A stretch of DNA of 64,000 nucleotides. It comes from a virus. Its lineage: Duplodnaviria > Heunggongvirae > Uroviricota > Caudoviricetes. The notes under the pieces are model-generated. The model saw nothing but the letters and a program-made list of their open reading frames with translations. It was not told the DNA's origin and ran no database searches. Positions 47,101-58,300 of the stretch are shown piece after piece. Location of the stretch: IMG/VR virus record IMGVR_UViG_3300031873_001030. The stretch is one strand, 5' to 3'. Each line of letters starts with the position of its first letter. Position 1 is the stretch's first letter. The translations under genes and the position numbers were made by a program.

Positions 47101-48161
47101 CAAGAGATATAGCAGCTCTTGAGGCAAGTGCTGAAGGCGGTGTCACAAGAGGGACAAGCGAGCTTTCTGTCATCAGATACGTCTCAAGGGGACAATTTGA
47201 AGATTATCTGAAATCAAGAACTGGAGTAAGTAGTGTGAAGGGTGGTGAATATCCTCCTACTGAAGCTGGAACTTTTGGAACTGTTTCAATTGAAAGGCCT
47301 GAAGTTCCTAGACTTCCTAAGGTACCAGAAGAAAAAATAGTTCCACCTGAAGCTGGAGTTTCAAAAGGAGGTCTTATGTCTGAAGGCGAGAGAGTGATGT
47401 CAATTGCTCTTTCAGAAGAAGTTGGAAGACCAGCAGTCGGATTGGAAGAACGTCCTTTGAGATTCACTGAAAAGTATTTTGGGATGCAAACTCCATCCTT
47501 TGGAGTGACATCTGTTGAAGGTGCAGGGATAATAAGTTCTGACATAGCCATTGCTACAAAGTCTGCTGTTGGAATGCGTGAACAATTAGTTGCAGCTCCA
47601 GAGATTAGTGTTAGAACTATGTTGAAACCATCTGCAATTATGACTAGTGTAAATATTGAGGATGTGTTGCTTAAGATTTCTGAAAGTATTTTAGGCAAGT
47701 TGCAGCCAAGGATAAGTACTGATATCACTGATGTAGGAATGAGGATTGAACCGATAACTTCTCCTATTGTTACAACTAAGGTTACAACTGCTGTTGATAT
47801 AACACCTATACCTATGAATTTGATAGCTCCTATTACAACTTTTAAAGGACCAATTGTGACTGTCAGACCTCCAATAATACCTCCTGGTGGTGGGGGCGGT
47901 GGTGGAGAAGGTAAAAAACCTGAAAGAGAATATTTTGGATATTTCGGTCGTAAAAAAGCAGGAAAGAGAATTTTAAGTTCTGATTTGTTTTCTGTTGCTG
48001 TGTCTCAGGCTGCGTATGGAAAAGCCACTACTCCAAAGTTTAGTAGGAAAGAAGTTTCTGAACTTGAGAGCAGAGGTTTGATAAGAGTTCCTACAGCTGA
48101 GATATCTGGAATCCCAAGTTCTGGAGAATTATTGAAAAGATTGTTAGGAGGTAGAAAATGA
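44139..48161 (+). CDS. large Gly/Val/Thr/Ala-rich protein of unknown function (1340 aa)
   Basis: Long intact ORF with GGAGGG SD; no signal peptide or TM; GSGNVY(Y/E)GG repeats near N-terminus; C-terminal GGGGGGEGKK. Confidence 0.6.
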   Translation: MPNLEGFVMANSIFGQPQPNPFSPGTTLPSSNVSVTPSMPIGGLTVGLGGSGNVYYGGAPAGGVGQTTTTTGGPAIYIPPQETAKAAEKTITPALIPEIKPPTLKVGVGGLVEGLGKSGNVYEGGVLVGGTTPWGPVVKEGGVSYVPTGRTAETGETIYSGTQISSATPIGTFVPAKRIEITPLMPEISVQPATAGAIGLSFPAGVLSVKSGPVDVSKLSPDVQTALGNLQGKVQAEYPGFKLASWTREGDELKGVLEPVKYVSLGTDVTKATAAIKDLGLKEGDYKLYTGIGGDYQLVTDKVSSQKYVSGLLSSYSVIPITGYGQYRGSDERIALKFLDKEGYIKDGVISKDVQVIGDIGVGGTGAMIVLKGSTKSSEDLSKTYFSSLTEVQKEDTAMARGELQIAQEKELLRQPGMSVEKGAAWWNLNVGPYMLSPKDPLGLRSAYIGVEGLVKGTPVSVIQKDIEASRLSAEQEFLQRKYMGESWTKSLWEAPATQPLKVAATWYGGGLLLGGAAGVLKTAEVGAGIVSKAPWLATTGRVISTAGKVATSVPGQVVIGSGLYGFTERGNIMALAKGGVPRDIVPGMIFDASQFGFAYGGAAAGFPVGYSRGAGLGYAFKPGALPPSETFVAEIRGTGVSGIPGELQGLKLGTRVAGEVPKGFVPKGFSEGVPYRAFLQEGVTVTRAGEVVPSGTLMPTIAEMEPAKPLMQRIATAMTKPSELIPKMLPGGPTVEAPFLESIRYGEEKIAKGGTKDIYAAGYQPGTTIWSRLKMPVEGAQYGIAEGFKTVTAESPLASLTEKYTTRMALRATGAPIEAGDVVPVKIMAKTDFIVNDEGIAAMLKSGKNLADIEKLKGADIIQRDIEFADKPAVRYTRFIDKETGKSLVVLKQTAAPTIEEVVALAEEGKTLIKPEYVGGKVAGYSIRGTEIVGEGKEFAGGVRYKKGVEVVGKEQVTGIALDDKTFNALMDKYGNKILRVSSPTTARDIAALEASAEGGVTRGTSELSVIRYVSRGQFEDYLKSRTGVSSVKGGEYPPTEAGTFGTVSIERPEVPRLPKVPEEKIVPPEAGVSKGGLMSEGERVMSIALSEEVGRPAVGLEERPLRFTEKYFGMQTPSFGVTSVEGAGIISSDIAIATKSAVGMREQLVAAPEISVRTMLKPSAIMTSVNIEDVLLKISESILGKLQPRISTDITDVGMRIEPITSPIVTTKVTTAVDITPIPMNLIAPITTFKGPIVTVRPPIIPPGGGGGGGEGKKPEREYFGYFGRKKAGKRILSSDLFSVAVSQAAYGKATTPKFSRKEVSELESRGLIRVPTAEISGIPSSGELLKRLLGGRK

Positions 48162-48304
48162 AACTTACAAAGGAAAAGATAGCGTATTTCATCAAGGACG
48201 AGAAGAAAGCTGTGAAGGAATATCACAAGTATGGCCTGCACAATCTTGAAAAGGACGAGCGCAAGCATAAGAAATTCCTGCTTAAAAAATTAGGGGGAAA
48301 GTAA

Positions 48305-48928
48305 ATGCCAGAAGAAAAATGGAGGAAAAGATTAACATTTCAACCTTCTCCTGGAGCTTCTATAATGGATGCTTTTAAGATTGCAGAAGATTTGCCGCAA
48401 CTGACTACAGGAAAATTGCCATTGGGAGAAACAGAAAGAGAAATCAAGTCAAAAGAATGGTATGGGGCGACACGTCCAGAGGAATATGAGGAAAGGGAAC
48501 GGATAAAGAGAGAGGCTATGGTAAGGGAAGGAGTTAGGAGAAATCCGAAGTTGCCTGAACCTGAGATGGTTGGTGGGAAGGAAGGAATTGAAATTTTTAG
48601 TCCTGCTAAATCCTCGCTAACTTATGGTAGTCAGCCTCAAATAAGGGAAGCTGAAGATGTTCTCTCAAGGAAAGAAAAACTTAGAGCTAGGGCGCAAGTA
48701 TTGTCTGAAAAGGTTGAAGCAGAAAGTTTAAGAAGAAGAGAATTTGAAGAATGGAGAAGTTCTCCGAAAGGTGCTCCATTGAGATTTGCAGAGACTGTTG
48801 GTGCAAGATTTCTTAATCCAAGAGAGCTTCGTAGGATTCCCGCAATACCAAAAATGCCATTTGGCGGGTATAAAAAATATGGAAGGGGAATTGAAAGGAG
48901 AAAAGCTAAATTGCTTTTCAGCAGGTAA
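48305..48928 (+). CDS. basic hypothetical protein (207 aa)
   Basis: Arg/Lys/Glu-rich; directly downstream of the 1340-aa gene. Confidence 0.4.
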   Translation: MPEEKWRKRLTFQPSPGASIMDAFKIAEDLPQLTTGKLPLGETEREIKSKEWYGATRPEEYEERERIKREAMVREGVRRNPKLPEPEMVGGKEGIEIFSPAKSSLTYGSQPQIREAEDVLSRKEKLRARAQVLSEKVEAESLRRREFEEWRSSPKGAPLRFAETVGARFLNPRELRRIPAIPKMPFGGYKKYGRGIERRKAKLLFSR

Positions 48929-49089
48929 AATAAAAATGGGAGATTCAAGATGAAATTAGTTAAAAGGAATGGTCAGTTCTTGGAGGAATGAACTAAGATG
49001 AATATCACTAGACAATTGTGGTTAGAAAAAAATAGAGATATGATTAGTGATTATAATAAAAATTATTATCTGAAGGAGGAAAAAAAATA

Positions 49090-49320
49090 ATGAGATTAAA
49101 AAAAGTCAAAGGTCAGTTTCTCATAGTTTCCATGATTGCCACATTTATGACAGTGACGGCATTCATCGTAATCTATCCGATATTGAGCAGCCAGATAAAT
49201 TCAGCAGTTGGAGATATGGATGTTTATTCTGCAACTATGCTGAAACTGACTCCGTTCTTCATATTGGTTAGCATAATACTGACGATAGTGTTCGCATCAA
49301 TGCCTATGAGAGAAGGTTGA
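49090..49320 (+). CDS. small pilin-like protein with archaeal class III (type IV pilin-like) signal peptide
   Basis: MRLKKVKG|QFLIVSMIATFMTVTAFIVIYPIL: basic N-region, KG/Q junction, then hydrophobic helix; GGAGG SD. Confidence 0.45.
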   Translation: MRLKKVKGQFLIVSMIATFMTVTAFIVIYPILSSQINSAVGDMDVYSATMLKLTPFFILVSIILTIVFASMPMREG

Positions 49321-49388
49321 ACACCGATAACGGTGTTGAAGAACTTTTTCAAATTAGGAGGAACTGACATGAAAGTAAAGAGTACAAT

Positions 49389-52300
49389 ATGCATTGGAAA
49401 CATTTACTTACTCATAAGTCTCTTTTTCTGGAGGGGATTCGAATCAGTATAAGATTGTCAAAGGCAACTGTAAAGATTACAAGCTTGATATTCGCATTGG
49501 CTCTGATTGGAACTTTTGGCTATCTTTTTATCTCCAATGTCAGCAACAAAGTGAGTGGAGATTCTTATAATGACATAAATATGAGTGATATAGTCAATAA
49601 TACTATAGTGACAGCATCTAGTTATTCGAATTATGAATATGAGGTGACTAAAAATGTATACAAGACTTATTTCCAAGACAATATCAATTCAGGTGAAGCT
49701 GTAAGGTTTGAGAAGGATGGATATTATTTCATATATGATTTGAGTGGTGGAAAGATTCAGTGGGCAGAACAAGATGGAAACCCTACGAAGACAAAGTCCA
49801 TAGGAGCAATATTATCTTCTCCGATAAGTCTTGCTGGTGATAAAGTTTATTACAATGATGCTTTTGCATATACAAATGTGAGTTATCTTATCTTGAATGA
49901 CATGCTCAAAGAGAATTTCATATTGTCATCATCGTTGCCGATAGATGACACATACTTGTATTTGGAATATACTGGTGAGATAAAGCATTCGGATAGTCTG
50001 ATGATTTATGCAAATGATAAGAATCAGACTGAAAAGAATTTTGTAACTCAAGGTAAGATAGAATTCAAGGATGTAAATGGAACTACGATATTTTTCTTAC
50101 CAGCACCTACAGTAACTGATTCGAATGGAAAGTCGGAATATGGTTTTTATGATATAAAAATTTCCAGTGGAAAGATTGCATTCAATCTTAGAGTGAACAG
50201 CACTTTCTTGAAAAATGCCGCTTACCCAGTGTATATAGACCCAACTATTAGAACTTTCAATGATACATTATCATCAAAAAACTTGACATTTATATGGAAT
50301 CAGAATCAGACACTTTATATATCAATACCAAAAAATGCTATAGTTACAAATGCTTACTTGAATTTGAGTGGATTCCCGGCACAGAATAATGTAAATTTCT
50401 TTGACCCCTTAGACAATGGAAATTATATTAGTTCAACCAATGCTATAGTAAGTGGCGGGCAAATAACATTAAATCGTCAAAACAATACAGGGGAAAGTTT
50501 TACTTCACCTCCCTGCAGTGAAATACAATATATAGGCGGTACCGTACCAGGTACTTATGCAACTGCACAATCCTTTAGAGCATCGGGTGTGTATCTTTCA
50601 TATATTAAAGTCAAGTTCTTCAATCAAGTCACCGCAACATTATCAATAAGGTCGAGTTTAGCTGGAGCCAATCTTGTTTCTACAAGTGTTGCAAGCGGAG
50701 ATGAGAGATATTATGAATGGTATATCACAAACCCACCAGCGCTCACTGTTGGTAATACTTACTACATAGTTCTTACATGGAGTTCTGACGGAAGCAATTA
50801 TGGAGGCTTGAGACAGGCTTGCTACAATTATTTGTATCCGAACGGAACTTATTATGCTTACTTGTTAAGTTCCTGGAACACTGAACCGAATGGGGCTTAC
50901 TATGACCATGCTTTTGAAACAAAATACTGGGAGTATGATACAAGCAATTATGTTAATTCAGTTGCAATAGACACCACATCATATTATTTGAATGCAACCT
51001 TAACAAAATCAGATAACATACCAGCAGGAACATCAATAACTTATTATTTAAGTTCAAATGGTGGCGCGTCTTGGGAACAAGTCACCTCAGGCATAAATCA
51101 TACATTCTCTAATATCGGGCAAGATATCAGATGGAGAGGAGTATTGACAACAAATTCTGATAGGTCATCAACACCAACACTTTATAACATGACTGTGAAT
51201 GCATCTCAAGGGTATTGGCCAATGAATCCTTATCTTGATATTTCTGGGGATGGAGACGTGGAATGGAATTATACAGGAACATTTAATCAATCAAACAATA
51301 GGACAGCAAACTTATCCTCTGAAATAAACACATATTTGTCGACTTGTACACCAACAAGTGGGAATTGCACAATGCCATTAGTATTCCATTCAGATACAGC
51401 AGGAATAATTCAGGTTTCAGATATCAACATAACATATAATGTGCCTTTTATATCGGTTTGGAATACTTCAAAGGCAGGAACTAGCAACTCTACACAGATT
51501 GAATTGCCTTTATACAATGGAGGCACTTATGCATTTACAGTGGACTGGGGTGATGGAACAACAGATTACATCACTTCATATCTGAATGATAACCACACTT
51601 ATGCGACAGCAGGGGTTTACGTTGTGAACATAGCTGGGACTATAAATGGATTCAGGTTCAACAATGGTGGCGACAGATTAAAGATTATCAACATCACACA
51701 ATGGGGAGACTTGAATGTAGGAAATTCTGGTAATTATTTTCACGGTTGTGCTAATTTGAATAGCAATGCCACTGATAACTTGAATTTGGCAGGAACTACG
51801 GATTTGTCTAATATGTTTTATTCAGCTACTTCCTTCAATGGAAGTATTTCAGGCTGGGATACAAGTGGTGTCACTTCCATGTATACTATGTTCTATGGCG
51901 CTTCTAATTTTAATTCGAATATTTCAAGCTGGAATACAGGAAATGTAATCAATATGGAATATATGTTTTATACCGCTTCTTCCTTTAATCAGAATATTTC
52001 AAACTGGAATACAGGAAAAGTCACTAGTATGTTAAGTATGTTTCATGGTGCCACTTCTTTCAATCAGAACATAAGCAATTGGGATGTCAGTAAAGTCACT
52101 ACTATGTCTGATATGTTTCATAGTGCTACTTCCTTCAATGGAAATATTTCAGGCTGGAATGTAGTCAATGTCACTACTATGTATGATATGTTCCATAGTG
52201 CCACTTCTTTCAATCAGAGTATGAGTAGTTGGAATACAGGAAATGTTGCTACTATGTTTTCCATGTTTTATGGTGCTACTGCTTTCAATGGCAATATTTC

Positions 52301-55300
52301 AGGCTGGAATACAGGAAATGTCAATAATATGGTAGCTATGTTTTATAATACTCCTTTTAATCAGAATATTGGAAATTGGAATGTCAGCAGTGTCACTACC
52401 ACATATCAGATGTTTTATAGTGCTTCTATTTTCAATCAGAATATCAGTAGTTGGAACACAAGTAAAGTCATTACTATGAGTGAGATGTTTCGTGGTGCTT
52501 CTGCTTTCAATCAGAATATAAGCAATTGGGATACAAGCAAAGTCACTACTATGACCAATATGTTTTATGATGCTACTTCATTCAATGGCAATGTTTCAGG
52601 CTGGAATATAGGAAATGTCACTACTATTGATTATATGTTCCGTGGTGCTACTTCTTTCAACCAGAGTATGAATAATTGGAACACAAGTAAAGTCACTACT
52701 ATGTATGCTATGTTCTATGGCGCTTCTAATTTTAATGGAAATATTTCAAATTGGAATACAAGCAATGTCATTGCCATGGATTATATGTTTTATAATACTG
52801 CTTTCAATCAGAATATTTCAAGCTGGAATACAGGAAAAGTCGCTAGTATGGCAGGTATGTTTCAGAGTGCTGCTTCCTTCAATCAGAATCTTAGTTCTTG
52901 GAATGTCAGTTCAGTGACTAATGCGGCAAATATGTTTTTGTCTGTGACATTATCTACTCCCAATTATGATTCCTTGCTTGTTGGATGGGGCAGCAGGGTT
53001 GAAAAGAATGCTACTGTTTTTTCGGGAGGTAATTCCAAGTATTCTGCTGCTGGTCTTGCTGGCAGGAATAATTTGACTGGTATTTATAATAATTGGACTA
53101 TCACTGATGGTGGTCCTGTGGACATAATTAATCCGACATATACTAACTTCGGTTCAGATTACACGAATAACACAGCAGTAAATGGCGGAAGTATTTTAAC
53201 TTATTATGCGAAATGGATAGATAATATCCAATTAGACAAATGTGTAAACTCAAGCAAGATAAATACCTCAGGCAGCTGGACTAATGGAACTTGGGCATCA
53301 GCAGGAACAGGTAACTGGACTAACTACACAGTAAAATTTCCAGCAGAAGTAGGAAGCAACTATACAGTAAAAATCTATTGTAACGATACTTCTGGATACA
53401 TGAATGTGACTGGAACTTTATTCTGGTGGGCAGAGAGTTTTGTGATAACTCAGAATCATACTTGGCAAGGTACGACATTGGAAGATGACAATACATTCGC
53501 ATATTCTCCAACGTTGAATGTGAGTTTCCAGATGACTGCATTGAATTTTGACAATGGAACATTTGAATTTGACGGAGCTAATTATACAATTTCTACAAAT
53601 CCAAAAGTTTACAACAATACCAATGGAGTTTATTGGATTAATTTTACAAATAAAAAACCAGGAAATTATAATTTCAAATGGTATGCCAGTACGATTAGTG
53701 GAATATGGAAAAATACAAGTCAAGTGACTTTGATAGTTACAAAGGCATATCCTGCATTTTCAAATTCAGTTACAACACCGATAAATTATCTTACTGCATC
53801 TGATTATGCAAGTAATGGAAATAATTTAGGTTGTGATGACTGTACATATTATACAAAAAGGAATGGAACTCAGATATGTGTTGGAGCTTGTTCAGATACG
53901 ACTGTATTAGGAGCAAGTGCATATAATTATACAATCTATACGGCTGGAGGTGAGAATTATACTTCAGGCCAGAGTGAATTGGATTTGACTGTGAATAAAA
54001 TCATATTGTCAGGTACGATAAATTCTCCTGATGTGACTTATCCTACTGGAATGTCAATAACTGGAAGCGAATCAAATACTGGAGATGGAGATGTCGCATA
54101 TCAAACTTGTTTAGATAATGTATGTACATTAGGCAAGGGACCAAATACTTTTAATTATGGTGCGAATACTTACACTTGCAAGTTCAACACCACTGGAGCT
54201 ACTTTTGAAAACTATACGGCAAGTGCAAGCATAGCTATAGACTCATGCACTATAAACAAAGGTACGTCACTTTCGCTGTCGATAAATTCAAATGTGACAT
54301 CACCGATAACATATCCTATACCATCATCGATAAACGGAAGTGGGTGTGTGTTTGGAGCTGGTTATGGGACAGATATAGTTTGTACTTTATACAGAGGAAA
54401 TTCAACTTGGTCAGGAACTGGAAATGATACGGCAATCTTAGGAGCGGGCATCTATGCATATAATTATTCTACTCCAGGAGGAACAAACTGGACTGCAACA
54501 TCTGCAAGCAATTATACACTGATAGTGAACAGGGGAAGTCTTTCTTTATCGATAAATTCCAATGTCACGTCTCCGATAACATATCCTACACCATCATCGG
54601 TAAATGGAAGTGGATGTGCAGGAAGTGATGTAGTCTGCACTTTATACAGAGGAAATTCGTCTTGGTCTGGAACAGGAAATGATTCTGCAGTTTTATCTGC
54701 AGGTGTGTATGCATATAATTATTCCACTCCAGGTGGAACTAACTATTCAGCAGCATCTGCTGTTAATTATACATTGGTAGTGCTTGGTAATACTCCGCCA
54801 ACATATTCGTATTTTGGTGCAACTGTTCCAAATAATACAGTAGTGGTTGGTGGAAGTGTTGTGACTTATTATGCAAAATGGTCAGATGATGTCCAATTGG
54901 ATAAGTGTGCAAATTCTTCGAGAGTGAATAATTCAGCATGGGTTAATGGGACATGGGTATCTCCAGGAACAGGCAATTGGACGAACTATACAGTAGCATT
55001 TCCATCTGAGCGTGGGAGCAACTTGACAATAAGGATTTATTGCAATGATAGTGTCGGGCAGATGGTTGAGACTGGAACTTTGTTCTGGATTATAGATTAT
55101 TATCCATATTCAAATTCTACAGGACAAGCAAGCAATTCGATACCTTCAGGGACTAACAACACGTTATTTTCTAAATTATTTGCTGGTGGCGGAGGCACTA
55201 CACTTAGTTGGGCATGGCTATCTACAAATGAAACAGGAGCGTGGAAAAATTATACAATTACTAATTATACGTATTATAGTGTAATCTTAAATGAATCAAA

Positions 55301-58300
55301 TAGTGGTAATATTGGTGATACTTTTGAGGCAGGTAGTAGTAATCCTAATATAAATAATGGTATATATCCAAGTCTGGAAGTCTATGCATTTTATGGTATG
55401 CGAACATTTTTGTTGTGGAATTTGTCAATAATACCAACAGGTGCTACAATAGTTAGTGCTAATTTGTCTTTATATGGGTATGATATTGCACATGGTGGAC
55501 TTGGTTCAAGATTGTATAATGCATATAATACATCTACATATACTCTCAATGATTGTGGGCAGCAATGGATAGAAGGAACAAGGAACCAGTCAGCTAATGT
55601 GACCTGTAATGAATTGGTATATAACAATCAGCCATCTTTGAATATTTTACAGGATTCTATTTGGACTGGAACTACAAGTAATGTTTGGTTATCTTGGAAT
55701 GTGACAAACGCCACTATATCAACTTATTCAAATACAACCAATAAAAATATGAGCATAGTAATAAAAGAAAATACTGAAGTTGACAATATTTATTCACTTT
55801 TCTTCTCAAAAGAATATACAGGTAACATAGCATTAAGGCCACAATTGAATATAACATATGCATTGCCTTCTCCTTATATTGCTGGAAGTTTATTCAATTG
55901 GGTTAATTTCACGTGGCAGAACAATTCCATAATTGCTGGAAACATAATAGGTTGGAAGATATATTTCAATGATTCTTTAGGGCATGAAAATGTGACTGAG
56001 ACATATAACTTTACTATTGAGAGTAGCAAACCGATAATATCCCAGAATCATACTTGGCAAGGTACGACATTGGAAGATGATAATACATTTACATATTCTC
56101 CAACTTTGAATGTCAGTTTCCAGATTACTGCATGGGCTTATGATTTGAACATTCTTACTGCGACATTTGAATTTAACGGAGTCAATTATACAAATTCAAC
56201 AACAACTAGGGTCTATAATAATACAAATAATGTGTTCTGGATTAACTTCACTTCGATGAAAGCTGGCAATTATAATTTCAGGTGGTATGTCAATGATACT
56301 GTAGGTGGATGGAGCAATACAAGTCAAGTTGTATTGGCAATAGGTAAAGCTACATTGGTTGGAACAATATCCTCTCCAGATGTGTATTTTCCTGCTGACA
56401 TGTCACTGACTGGTTTGGAAAGCAATGCAGGAGATGTGGATGTTGCATATCAGACTTGTCTAGGTGATGCATGTAAACCTGGATTAGGACCAAATCTTTT
56501 TGGTTCATGTTGTGAATATCCTGCAGATACTTACACTTGCAAATTCAATACGACTGGAGCTGTCTTTGAGAATTATACTTCAAATGCCAACATAGCTACA
56601 GATTCTTGTACAATCAATAAAGGAGGACTTGTAGGAACAATAACAAGTCCAGATGTAACTTATCCAGCTGACTTATTTTTAACTGGTTCAGAGAGCAATG
56701 TAGGTGATACAGATGTCACATATCAGACTTGTGTCAGCAACATATGTAAGGCAGGTTTGGGTGCGAATAGTTTTGATATTGGAGGAGGAACATATAATTG
56801 CATATTCAATACTACAGGAGCTACTTTTGCAAATTGGACGGCAAGTGCAAGCATGCAGACTGACAGTTGCACTGTAAACAAAGGAATATTGACAGGAAGT
56901 TCTTCATCACCAGCAGTGACTTATCCTGCTGGATTGACAGCGACAGGAACTGAAACTAACACAGTGGATACTGATGTCGCATACAGGGAATATTGTGAAT
57001 TAGGAACAAAAGGAGTTTTGATGGGTTCTGCCTTAGGTGGAAATCCTTCAGGAACTGTTGTGCTTGATGTAGGGACATGGACATGCAAGCTTAACACCAC
57101 AGGCGGACCATTTGCCAATTGGACTGCATCCGCAAGCATAGGAACATCTGTTGGAATAGTAAGCATAGGAACATTGACTGGGACTATATCATCTCCAGAT
57201 GTCACTTATCCGACTGATATGACAATCACTGGAATTGAGACTAATACTGGTGATAGTGATGTTGCTTATAGGACTTGTTTAAGTGGCAGTGGTGAATGCA
57301 AGTCAGGAAAGGGACCAAATACTTTTGATTATCCTCCTGGAACTTATAGTTGCGTATTTAACACTACAGGTGCGGCATTTGCAAATTGGACGTCATCATC
57401 AAATATTGCTACGGATGTGTGTGTCATAAACAATGGAACGCTTACAATACAATTGTCAACACCAACTCCTATAACTTATGAAGCTGTAGCTGGTATCGAA
57501 GGATGGATTACTAATAACGCTGGAGATGGTGGATGTACTTATATCTTATTGAGGAATGGCACTCAAATCAATACCAGTATTCATGTCACTGATAACACAA
57601 TACTAGGTGCTGGATATTACAACTATACTTATTATACAGCAGGTTGTGCAAATTATACTATCAATAGGCTTGCTGATGTGCCATTGACTGTGAATCAGAA
57701 AAATGCATTTGTAAGAGTCTATCCATGGACAGGTCCTATAACATATGAGACAAGTGTATTTCAATATTGTACATCCTTATCTACATTGGTAAATTGTACG
57801 ATGTACAGGAATGGAACTACAGTTACGAATGGAACGAATATAGTATTAGGAGTTGGAGCTTATCTTTTCAAGGCTAACATATCAGATGCTGCCAATTATA
57901 CAAATTATGATGACTTGAATATTCTGACTGTCGATAAAAAACAGTTGGCAGCAAATTTATGGATTAATGGTCACTTGAATCAGAATACAACTGTGGTTCA
58001 AACATTCCCATACATTCCTAAATATGCGACTTCAAATGCGACGAATATCAATGGATTGAGTGGTTCTCTATATAGAGATGATGCACCTGTTGCAGGTGAT
58101 ACTGATACAATTCCACCTGTGCAAGGAACATATAAATACAAGGCCAATGCGACTGGAAATGTAAATTATACAAGCGATTCTGTAGGGCAGACATTTTATG
58201 CAAGTGTCATCTCAGCTCACAACATAACAATCTCAAGTCCAGTAAATGGAAGTTCGATTGGGATATTGCCAAATACAAATAAGAGTGTCCAAATAAATTA